Assembly: GCA_016432445.1 (NCBI GenBank) | Contig: CP066689.1 | Coordinates: forward strand, 210,001-242,000 | Length of the DNA stretch: 32,000 nucleotides | From: Candidatus Saccharimonadota bacterium | GTDB taxonomy: Bacteria; Patescibacteriota; Microgenomatia; UBA1406; GWC2-37-13 | Reading direction: 5' to 3' | Shown: piece after piece, positions 1 to 7,210 of the stretch | How the letters are laid out: each line of letters begins with the position of its first letter | Numbering within the stretch: the first letter of the stretch is position 1 | The notes under the pieces: model-generated | Database searches by the model: none | What the model was told of the DNA's origin: nothing | Seen by the model: only the letters and a program-made list of their open reading frames with translations | Made by a program: the position numbers and the translations under genes

Positions 1-407
1 TATATAAGTATGCTGTTGCTGATAGCGGTTATTCATCAAAATCCAGTTATTTGAAAGATAATGATCTAAGCGGTCTTGAGCTTAATTCTTCAATAGCCAT
101 TGATTCCTCAGTTTATATAAACTTAAAAGACAGTATTGTCAAATTCACCGGAGGAATAAGAGATGAGTTTACAACGGAGTTTCCGGAAAACAATATTAAC
201 ATAACGAAAGTGATAACCGGTAAAGATGAAGAAAAAGTTTACGCTTGGGATAAAACCAAAGGAGTTATGTACATCTTGGGAAAAAATGGAACTTATGAAA
301 GACAAGTCAACTCTAATGCTTTATCCAAAGCAATGGATGTGATTGTCAGTGAAGCAACAGCCTATCTTCTTATTAATAATAAAATTTATTCTTTAAAGCT
401 TAATTAA
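1..407 (+). CDS. C-terminal fragment of a hypothetical protein (5' end outside the window)
   Basis: The frame of ORF 51..407 stays open back to nt 3 (YKYAVADSGYSSKSSY precedes the TTG at 51). The ORF therefore probably enters from upstream. No motif recognised. Confidence 0.45.
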   Translation, partial: YKYAVADSGYSSKSSYLKDNDLSGLELNSSIAIDSSVYINLKDSIVKFTGGIRDEFTTEFPENNINITKVITGKDEEKVYAWDKTKGVMYILGKNGTYERQVNSNALSKAMDVIVSEATAYLLINNKIYSLKLN

Positions 408-781
408 GGATTAAGGGAAGGCAAATTAATAATCCATCCGTTATCAGTTTTTGTTACTATTCCTAAGATATCTCCACTTACCACGCCAAAAATAGTTAAA
501 GATATAACTACAAGAAGCATACCGATAACAGCGTTTTGTATTTTATTTCTGGCTTTTTCAACTTTTTCTTTATCGCCTTCAGAAACAATCCAGTCTAAAG
601 CACCCCACAAAAGGTATATAAGCATAAAAATTCCGCCGCCTATTAACGCCAAATTAATAAATTTACCTATAGTTGATCCCAATAGCGACATGGCATTGGC
701 ATCACTTGGATTTTGCTTTAAGGCACTACACAATGGTCCAAAACAAATTGTTTCTGAACTCTTGGCAAGTAAATTATTCAT
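404..781 (-). CDS. VirB2/TrbC-like (T4SS-pilin-like) small two-TM protein, paralog 3
   Basis: 125 aa. Two hydrophobic helices flank the loop SEGDKEKVEKAR, the same architecture and loop motif as four other ORFs in the window. Confidence 0.6.
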   Translation of the reverse strand: MNNLLAKSSETICFGPLCSALKQNPSDANAMSLLGSTIGKFINLALIGGGIFMLIYLLWGALDWIVSEGDKEKVEKARNKIQNAVIGMLLVVISLTIFGVVSGDILGIVTKTDNGWIINLPSLNP

Positions 782-784
782 AAA

Positions 785-1147
785 TTATGGTGTAACTGGT
801 TGAAAATCAGGATTTAAGACTGCATCCCAGCGTCCAAAAAATACTATACCGATAACGGCCGCGGCTAAAGGTGCAATAACGATGATAACAAGTCCGACAA
901 TAGTATAGGTAATTCTTAAGTTGGCTTCAGCTACCTGTTTAGCATCGCCTCCGGAAAATATATATTTATATCCAGCTATAATTAGATTAAGGAGTGTAAA
1001 TAAGCCGGCCACAACAAGAGCAATAGATAAACCTGTATTGGCTATTCTTACTAAGCCTTCTTGAGGATCGGCTACATTTGGAGTTCCGACAGGCGGAGTT
1101 ATTTTTCCAAAAATGTCAGTGGCAGTAGTGGCCAAAAAATTCATCAT
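785..1147 (-). CDS. VirB2/TrbC-like small two-TM protein, paralog 2
   Basis: 120 aa. TM, loop SGGDAKQVAEAN, TM. Lies 3 nt from the neighbouring paralog on the same strand. Confidence 0.6.
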   Translation of the reverse strand: MMNFLATTATDIFGKITPPVGTPNVADPQEGLVRIANTGLSIALVVAGLFTLLNLIIAGYKYIFSGGDAKQVAEANLRITYTIVGLVIIVIAPLAAAVIGIVFFGRWDAVLNPDFQPVTP

Positions 1148-1148
1148 A

Positions 1149-1445
1149 TTAAAATGGCAATGGACCTAAATTAAATATTACGCCTAGTAATCTTATAACT
1201 AAAAAACTTGAAAGTATCACTACAAATCCTATTATAGCGTAAATAAAAAGCTGTTGAATTTTTTTAAGGTTTTCTGTCTTGCCTTGACTGTTTATGTATA
1301 GGAAACCAGCATAAACAATCATTCCAAAAAAAATAATTCCGCCTCCAATCATTAATACTGGTGTAATGAGATTTAATAATGAAGCAATAGTCCCAAATTT
1401 TGCCGGCTGAAAGGAAGTAGGGTTTATGAATGGCGTTGGACTCAT
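1149..1445 (-). CDS. VirB2/TrbC-like small two-TM protein, paralog 1
   Basis: 98 aa. TM, loop SQGKTENLKKIQ, TM. First gene of a three-gene tandem array. Confidence 0.6.
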   Translation of the reverse strand: MSPTPFINPTSFQPAKFGTIASLLNLITPVLMIGGGIIFFGMIVYAGFLYINSQGKTENLKKIQQLFIYAIIGFVVILSSFLVIRLLGVIFNLGPLPF

Positions 1446-1544
1446 TTTATGAGTGTATTACAATTGCAGTTTGAAGTCAATAATAATACTTCACCCAGAA
1501 CCCAAAACCCAGAACAGTCTTTTTGTTATATAATATTGATTGTT

Positions 1545-2588
1545 ATGTTTAGTCCTTCATTTAGAATTACTAATAAAATTTTAACAAACATATCAAAAAT
1601 TGAGGCGGCGGCTGAGGTAATAAGACATTCTCCTCTTCTTCCTCTTTGGGAGAAACAGTTTAAAGAAGATGCTATTGTCAGATCAGTTTATCATGGAACT
1701 CATATTGAAGGGAATATGCTTGCGAAAGACGAAGCTAAAGATATTCTTTTAGGAAAAGAAGTGATGGGTAGATCCAGAGATATTCAGGAAATTATTAATT
1801 ACAGAAAAGTTATTGAGTTTATTGATGAGGAGGCTAAAAAGAAAATAGAAAAATTTACTGAACCTTTAATAAAAAAAATACATCGTCTTATCGCCAATAA
1901 TGTTTTATCTCAAGAACTAGTAGGGGAGTATAGATTAAAACAGGTAGTTATCCGTAACTCCCAAACTGGAGAAGTGACTTTTCGTCCTCCTCCTCCGGTT
2001 GAGGTACCATTTTTAATGAGAGAGTTTATTTATTGGCTCAATCGCAATGATAAAGATGAACTGCATCCAATTCTTAAAGCAGGTATTGCTCATCATGAAC
2101 TGGTGCGTATTCATCCATTTATTGACGGTAATGGAAGAGTAGCCAGGGCATTGGCCACATTAATTCTTTTTCTCGGAGGTTATGATATCCGCCGTTTTTT
2201 TTCGTTAGAGGAGTATTATGATAGGGATGCGGTGACTTATTATGAAAATCTTGGTAAAGCAACAGCCGGAGATATTACTTCTTGGCTCGAGTATTTTGTT
2301 TATGGAGCAGCTGTTGAGTTTGAAAAAATCAAGGAAAAAATTTTAAAGCTCTCAAAAGATGTAAAATTAAAAGAAAAATTTGGGGGCCAGCAGATTTTTC
2401 TTGGAGAAAGACAGATGCAGATAATTGAGTACTTACAAGAAATTGGTTATCTTCAAAATCAATCGTTTAAAACTTTATTTTCAGATATTTCTGAAGACAC
2501 TGTTTTACGTGATCTTCAGGATTTAATAAAAAAAGGATTAATAAAAAAAGTTGGCAGTACCAAGTCAGCCCGTTATGTAATGGTGTAG
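1545..2588 (+). CDS. Fic-domain protein (AMPylase family) with a C-terminal winged-helix/HTH-like tail
   Basis: Canonical Fic motif HPFIDGNGRVAR, and an upstream IEGN element (GTHIEGN). The C-terminus TVLRDLQDLIKKGLIKKVGSTKSARY looks like a wHTH. The ATG at 1545 is preferred over the ORF start at 1449, which abuts the divergent gene start at 1445. TATAAT at 1529-1534. Confidence 0.8.
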   Translation: MFSPSFRITNKILTNISKIEAAAEVIRHSPLLPLWEKQFKEDAIVRSVYHGTHIEGNMLAKDEAKDILLGKEVMGRSRDIQEIINYRKVIEFIDEEAKKKIEKFTEPLIKKIHRLIANNVLSQELVGEYRLKQVVIRNSQTGEVTFRPPPPVEVPFLMREFIYWLNRNDKDELHPILKAGIAHHELVRIHPFIDGNGRVARALATLILFLGGYDIRRFFSLEEYYDRDAVTYYENLGKATAGDITSWLEYFVYGAAVEFEKIKEKILKLSKDVKLKEKFGGQQIFLGERQMQIIEYLQEIGYLQNQSFKTLFSDISEDTVLRDLQDLIKKGLIKKVGSTKSARYVMV

Positions 2589-2609
2589 TTAAATATTTTT
2601 TATCAAACA

Positions 2610-4403
2610 ATGAAATTTAGCAAGCTGGCTCAAGTTTTTGAAAAGATTGAGAAAACAAGTTCGCGTTTAGCCATAACTCATTTATTGTCTGATTTATTTA
2701 CTAAACTTAATAATGTTGAGATTGAAAAAACAGCTTATCTTCTTCAAGGCAGAGTGGCGCCTCTTTATGAAACAACTGAGTTTAGAATAGCTGAAAAAAT
2801 GGTAATAAAAAGTATTCTTTTTGCCCTTAATTTGGATCGATCGTTATTCATAAAAGAGTATGAAAAAAAAGGAGATCTGGGAATAGCAGTGGAACATTTT
2901 AAAAATCAGTATCCATCTCTTGAGGAAAAAGATTTGGATATTACTCATGTTTATGAAGATCTAAAACGTTTAGCCCTAGCTGAAGGAGCAAAATCTCAGG
3001 AAATAAAGGTGGGAATTTTAGCTCATCTCATACGTCAACTTGATCCTTTATCGTGTCGTTTTTTAGTTAGAATTCCTTTGAGTATGCTGAGACTGGGATT
3101 TTCGGATATGACTGTGCTTGACGCTTATTCGTGGATGATGACGGGAGACAAAAGTTTAAGAAAGAAAATAGAAGATGTTTATCATGTCCGTCCGGATTTG
3201 GGACAGATTGGCAGATTGCTGAAAGAGAAAGGGATTATTACCTTAAGACATGTTAGCCCGCGAATATTTACTCCTGTTATTATGATGAGAGCAGAACGTT
3301 TATCATCTGGTGAGGAAATTATTGAAAAAATAGGCAGATGCTCTATTGAACCAAAATACGATGGCTTCAGGCTTCAGGCTCATTACTTAAAAAATAAAAA
3401 TGAGCTGCGTTTATTTTCACGAAATCTTGATGATGTTTCTTATATGTATCCTGATATAGTTGAAGGGATTAAAAAAGAAGTTAAATGTGAAGAAATTATT
3501 TTTGAAGGAGAAGCCGTTGGTTTTGATCCCAATACAGGTAATTTTTTACCGTTTCAGGAGACAGTTCAGCGTAAACGAAAATATGATATTGAAGAAAAAA
3601 TAAAAGAGATTCCTTTAAAGTTTTTTTCTTTTGAGCTTTTGTATCTGGATGGGGAAAGTTATATTAATGTACCTTTTCATCAAAGAAGAGAAAAATTGGA
3701 GAAAGCAGTAGATGGGAAAAAGGACGTCTACAAAGATACAGTCTTAATTGCTTCCAATACTGTAACTGATGATGCTAAAAAGATAGAACTTTTATTTGAT
3801 GAGATGGTTACTAAAGGGCTAGAAGGCATTGTTGCAAAAAAGCTTGATGGTGTGTATCAGGCTGGAGCCCGAGGATGGAACTGGATTAAGTTTAAGCGAA
3901 GCTATTCATCAAAGATTGAGGATACAATTGATTGTTTAGTTATGGGTTATGATTATGGACGTGGGAAGCGGGCAAAGTTTGGTATTGGTGCGTTTTTGGC
4001 TGGAGTGTATGATGAAAAAGAAGATAAATATGTAACCGTGGCTAAGATCGGGACGGGTCTTACTGATGAAGAGTGGAAAGATCTTAAAAAAAAGTGTGAT
4101 CGTTTTATTTCCTCAAGCAAGCCGGCTTTATACGAAGTAGATAAGGCTATGGCGCCTGATATTTGGGTTAAGCCTTTTTTGGTAACCGAGATTAAAGCTG
4201 ATGAAATTACTAGATCACCAGTTCATACAGCAGGTCGGCTAATGAAGTCATCCAAAAATGGCAAAGGACAAGAGGTAGAAAAAGCCGGACTGGCTCTTCG
4301 TTTCCCTCGTTTAGTACGTTTTCGCGATGATAAACGACCTGAAGATACAACTACTCTTAAAGAATTGGAGGAGATGTATAAAGCCGCCACCCACCATAAA
4401 TAA
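2610..4403 (+). CDS. ATP-dependent DNA ligase, three-domain archaeal/eukaryotic Lig1-like type
   Basis: Adenylation motif I EPKYDGFRLQAH (KxDGxR). Also FEGEAV, EGIVAKK and WIKFKR motifs. About 240 aa of N-terminal DNA-binding-domain-sized region. 597 aa. Confidence 0.85.
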   Translation: MKFSKLAQVFEKIEKTSSRLAITHLLSDLFTKLNNVEIEKTAYLLQGRVAPLYETTEFRIAEKMVIKSILFALNLDRSLFIKEYEKKGDLGIAVEHFKNQYPSLEEKDLDITHVYEDLKRLALAEGAKSQEIKVGILAHLIRQLDPLSCRFLVRIPLSMLRLGFSDMTVLDAYSWMMTGDKSLRKKIEDVYHVRPDLGQIGRLLKEKGIITLRHVSPRIFTPVIMMRAERLSSGEEIIEKIGRCSIEPKYDGFRLQAHYLKNKNELRLFSRNLDDVSYMYPDIVEGIKKEVKCEEIIFEGEAVGFDPNTGNFLPFQETVQRKRKYDIEEKIKEIPLKFFSFELLYLDGESYINVPFHQRREKLEKAVDGKKDVYKDTVLIASNTVTDDAKKIELLFDEMVTKGLEGIVAKKLDGVYQAGARGWNWIKFKRSYSSKIEDTIDCLVMGYDYGRGKRAKFGIGAFLAGVYDEKEDKYVTVAKIGTGLTDEEWKDLKKKCDRFISSSKPALYEVDKAMAPDIWVKPFLVTEIKADEITRSPVHTAGRLMKSSKNGKGQEVEKAGLALRFPRLVRFRDDKRPEDTTTLKELEEMYKAATHHK

Positions 4404-4467
4404 ATCCAAAATCCAAATGACAAATATCAAATTTTTGTTTGACATTTAGATTTTGAAATTTGGATTT
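4402..4467. repeat. Heptamer-register inverted array (unit AAATCCA family) between convergent genes
   Basis: Left arm AAATCCA AAATCCA AATGACA AATATCA, 10-nt spacer, right arm TGACATT TAGATTT TGAAATT TGGATTT. The outermost units are perfectly complementary. Confidence 0.8.
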
Positions 4468-4472
4468 TGTGT

Positions 4473-5150
4473 TTATTTGCTTGGGTGGATTTTGATGGTA
4501 TTGGCTGCTCTTAACGGATATTCTATAAAAAAAGATTGAGGTCTTTTTTTAATTCTTCTGGCTGACGTAGGCATAATTAATGATTTATCAAACATAATTA
4601 CACCTCCAGCTTTACCTATATGAAGAGCTAAATCCATATCCTCATGGACTTTTTTATCTTCAAGGCAGGTATTTTTTTTTACTTTATCCCAAATTTTTTT
4701 AGTAATCGCCATATTTGGTCCGATTAGGGTTCCTTTTCCTTTTTGAGCGATTCTGACAATGTCAGCATAAATTATACTACCTAAGATAGTGGGTAAAAAA
4801 AAATCATACATCTTTAAAGGGCCGGTAACTGCATCTATTTTGTATCTGGAAAAATCATTGATTATTTTTTTTATCCAATCAGAAGGCGGTATTGAGTCAG
4901 CGTCACAACGGGCAAGGATGTCGCCTTTAGCTTCGTCAAAACCTTTATTTCTAGCATAAGTTATTCCTTGCTTAAATTCTTTAAAGATAGTTGCATTAAA
5001 ATTTTGAGCGACATTAATAGTGTTATCTGTAGAGTTATTATCAACGATAATGATTTCTTCAGGTTTCTCTTCCTGGAGGTTTAAGGCTTCAAGGCATTTT
5101 TCAATATATTTTTCTTCGTTGTAAGCAGGTATGACGACAGATACTTTCAT
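4473..5150 (-). CDS. Family 2 glycosyltransferase
   Basis: VVIPAYNEEKYIEKCLEAL..IIIVDNNSTDNT..CDADS: GT-A fold N-terminus with a DxD-like motif. 225 aa. Confidence 0.8.
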   Translation of the reverse strand: MKVSVVIPAYNEEKYIEKCLEALNLQEEKPEEIIIVDNNSTDNTINVAQNFNATIFKEFKQGITYARNKGFDEAKGDILARCDADSIPPSDWIKKIINDFSRYKIDAVTGPLKMYDFFLPTILGSIIYADIVRIAQKGKGTLIGPNMAITKKIWDKVKKNTCLEDKKVHEDMDLALHIGKAGGVIMFDKSLIMPTSARRIKKRPQSFFIEYPLRAANTIKIHPSK

Positions 5151-5156
5151 TGATTT

Positions 5157-5165
5157 ATTTTATCA
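5157..5165 (-). promoter_or_regulatory. Extended -10 (TGaTAAAAT) 6 nt upstream of the ATG at 5150
   Basis: The minus strand reads TGATAAAAT-aaatca-ATG. No SD-like sequence. Confidence 0.45.
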
Positions 5166-5190
5166 TAGTATAATATCTCTACCAATATTT

Positions 5191-6009
5191 ATGAAACCTT
5201 TTTTTTCAATTATTATTCCTACATTAAATGAAGAGCGTTATCTTCCAAAAATTCTTAGATCTTTATCAAATCAGACAGATAAAAGTTTTGAGGTAATTAT
5301 TGTTGATGCTCATTCAGAGGATAAAACTAAAGAGGTGGCTTTACAGTTTAGCAATAAGTTCATTTTTAATTTTTTTGAGGTTGATAAACGGAATGTTTCG
5401 TTTCAGCGCAACTTTGGAGTTTCAAAATCTGAAGGTGACTATTTGATATTTCTTGATGCCGATGCAGGTATATCTTTGTCATTTATAAAAGGTATTAAAA
5501 AAATTATCACTCACAAAAAAGGCCTTGTCTTTATTCCTCATATCATTCCTGATGAAAAGAATCAGTTTGATATAAAACTAGTTTTCAACGTTGTTAATTT
5601 TTTAATTGATGCCTCTCAGTATGTGGGCAAACCTTTATCCTCAGGAGGTTCAATGATATTTGAAAAAAACTTTTTTCTTCGAATTGGCGGATTTGATGAA
5701 AGTTTGCCGTATGCTGAAGATCATAATCTAGTTCAAAAAGCATATAAATGGGGAGTCAGGGCTAATTTTTTGCCTCAAATTAAAGTTAAGTTTTCTTTAA
5801 GGCGGCTAAAAAGAGAAGGCCGTTTGAAACTTCTTTACAAATACCTTTTATCTACGGCTTATGTGTTGGTTAAAGGAGACATTAAAAAGAAGATTTATAA
5901 TTATGAGATGGGTGGACAGTTTTATGCTAATAAAAATAAAGAAGCTTTATTTAAAGATTATATAACTCAGGTAAATAATTACTTTAAAGGTATTTTTAAG
6001 GAAGACTAA
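5191..6009 (+). CDS. Family 2 glycosyltransferase
   Basis: FSIIIPTLNEERYLPKILRSL..VIIVDAHSEDKT..LDADA. The ATG at 5191 is preferred because the ORF start at 5131 overlaps the divergent gene. TATAAT at 5169-5174. Confidence 0.75.
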   Translation: MKPFFSIIIPTLNEERYLPKILRSLSNQTDKSFEVIIVDAHSEDKTKEVALQFSNKFIFNFFEVDKRNVSFQRNFGVSKSEGDYLIFLDADAGISLSFIKGIKKIITHKKGLVFIPHIIPDEKNQFDIKLVFNVVNFLIDASQYVGKPLSSGGSMIFEKNFFLRIGGFDESLPYAEDHNLVQKAYKWGVRANFLPQIKVKFSLRRLKREGRLKLLYKYLLSTAYVLVKGDIKKKIYNYEMGGQFYANKNKEALFKDYITQVNNYFKGIFKED

Positions 6010-6011
6010 AA

Positions 6012-6728
6012 TTACTTAAACCGGGAAAGGATGGGAAAATGATCAGAAGCTTTTAGAGGTATTTTTTTAGTTTCAATAAGTTCAAGGTTTTTGTAAAGAA
6101 TGTAATCCAGTTTCCACTTCAACGGAAATATTTTAAGGAATTTTCCTTCAAAAGTACAATTAAGGTTATTGGTAGCTTCCTTTAATTTATATTTTTCAAT
6201 CAGTTCTTCAAACTGCTTTCTTTGATATGGATAATTGAAATCGCCGGCAATTAAAACATTTTCATCACGGCTTAAATGCATATCATCTAAAGTAGCTTTC
6301 ATTTGTTTTGTCCTTATTCCATTAGTCCCCAGATAACTAAGATGTAAGTTGTAGCTTGTAATTATTTTTTTTATTCCTTTCACCGAGAATTTTGTTTTTA
6401 ATACTGTTCTTGGATTGTTTCCTCCTCTTAATATGACTAAAAAAAATTCATGATAACTCCTAGGCAAATTAAAACTTGATGATTCCAAAAATTCTATAGT
6501 TTTAGGGTTATAAAAAGTCGCCAAGCCATAGATTTTGTCAAACTTTATAAAAGAATTGGAATAATCTGCTAACTTATACCCATGTTTTTCAACATCTTTA
6601 AGATTTTTTTCGTTAGTTTCAATCTCTTGAAGAGATAATATATCGGGGCGAGTTAAAGAGAAGACTTTTTCGAAGTTATTTAAGGCACTGTTAAAACAGA
6701 CGTTATAAGTAAGCAGGGAAACAGCCAT
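6012..6728 (-). CDS. Endonuclease/exonuclease/phosphatase (EEP) family protein
   Basis: LLTYNV..PDILSLQEIE..AGDFNYP..SDHFPI: the characteristic EEP catalytic motif series. TATAAT (6734-6739, minus strand) lies 5 nt upstream of the ATG. Confidence 0.75.
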   Translation of the reverse strand: MAVSLLTYNVCFNSALNNFEKVFSLTRPDILSLQEIETNEKNLKDVEKHGYKLADYSNSFIKFDKIYGLATFYNPKTIEFLESSSFNLPRSYHEFFLVILRGGNNPRTVLKTKFSVKGIKKIITSYNLHLSYLGTNGIRTKQMKATLDDMHLSRDENVLIAGDFNYPYQRKQFEELIEKYKLKEATNNLNCTFEGKFLKIFPLKWKLDYILYKNLELIETKKIPLKASDHFPILSRFK

Positions 6729-6842
6729 AACATATTATATAAAATTATTAAATTAATATAAGGCAATTTTATCCACAGAGAAAATTATAAATTAAAAAGA
6801 TTGGTAGGACAAGCTAGAGGACGCTTCAATATTTATAGGTCA

Positions 6843-6873
6843 TCTTATAGTAAACACGATATTTACTATAAGA
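6843..6873. promoter_or_regulatory. Perfect 12-bp inverted repeat (operator-like) abutting a -35 box
   Basis: TCTTATAGTAAA-cacgata-TTTACTATAAGA. It ends 1 nt before the TTGACA at 6875. Confidence 0.5.
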
Positions 6874-6874
6874 C

Positions 6875-6903
6875 TTGACAATGTTAAGAATTTTCTCTAT
6901 ATT
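6875..6903 (+). promoter_or_regulatory. Near-consensus sigma70-type promoter
   Basis: TTGACA (6875-6880), 17-nt spacer, TATATT (6898-6903). The ATG at 6910 lies 6 nt downstream. Confidence 0.6.
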
Positions 6904-6909
6904 TAAATT

Positions 6910-7059
6910 ATGGAAGCTAATAGTCTAAGAAATAGCGACAGGAAGCTTAATAAACAAAGTTTTCAAAAGAAAGAAGATTTATTGCATTTCGTAAAAAAAC
7001 AGTTTAAAGAGTTAGTCAAGAAAAATTTAGAAATTCCAATAACGCTTTATCAATTATAA
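6910..7059 (+). CDS. Small basic hypothetical protein (49 aa), possibly leaderless
   Basis: Read by hand: MEANSLRNSDRKLNKQSFQKKEDLLHFVKKQFKELVKKNLEIPITLYQL*. It sits between a strong promoter and a hairpin terminator. It could instead be a non-coding transcript. Confidence 0.35.
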   Translation: MEANSLRNSDRKLNKQSFQKKEDLLHFVKKQFKELVKKNLEIPITLYQL

Positions 7060-7072
7060 TTGAAGATTGAGG

Positions 7073-7133
7073 AAAAAAAGAGCATCACTACCGCTCGTAT
7101 AAAAGGGACGACGTGTAGTAATGCTCTTTTTTT
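7073..7133. terminator. Bidirectional intrinsic terminator-like hairpin
   Basis: A7 run, then AGAGCATCACTAC (7079-7091), loop, GTAGTAATGCTCT (7115-7127), then T7 run. 13-bp stem with one mismatch. Confidence 0.6.
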
Positions 7134-7210
7134 GTTCTTTAACCGAAATTTCCCTTTAAGAACAAACTACAGTAGACAATAGCAAAATAAAAAAAAATTG
7201 TCAAGAACAA

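Noticed and set aside
123-305. 60-aa minus-strand ORF
   Set aside because: It lies entirely antisense within the open frame 1-407, has low-complexity AT-rich codon content and has no promoter or motif.
1449-1544. N-terminal extensions of ORFs as given in the track (1449 for Fic, 5131 for the second GT2, 19938 for the SLT-like gene)
   Set aside because: The extensions abut or overlap the divergent neighbour's start codon and encode no recognisable sequence. Internal ATGs (1545, 5191, 20004) restore sensible N-termini (GT2 beta1 strand, signal peptide) and leave room for promoters.
4223-4423. 66-aa minus-strand ORF at the ligase 3' end
   Set aside because: It is antisense to the well-supported ligase ORF. 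The Arg/Ser-rich translation is typical of a shadow ORF.
7136-7210. Additional hairpins (TTTGTTCTT..AAGAACAAA at about 7131-7166; AATTGT-caaga-ACAATT followed by A9 at about 7185-7212)
   Set aside because: The stems are AT-rich and short. They may help terminate the minus-strand membrane-protein gene, but they cannot be told apart from chance palindromes in AT-rich DNA.
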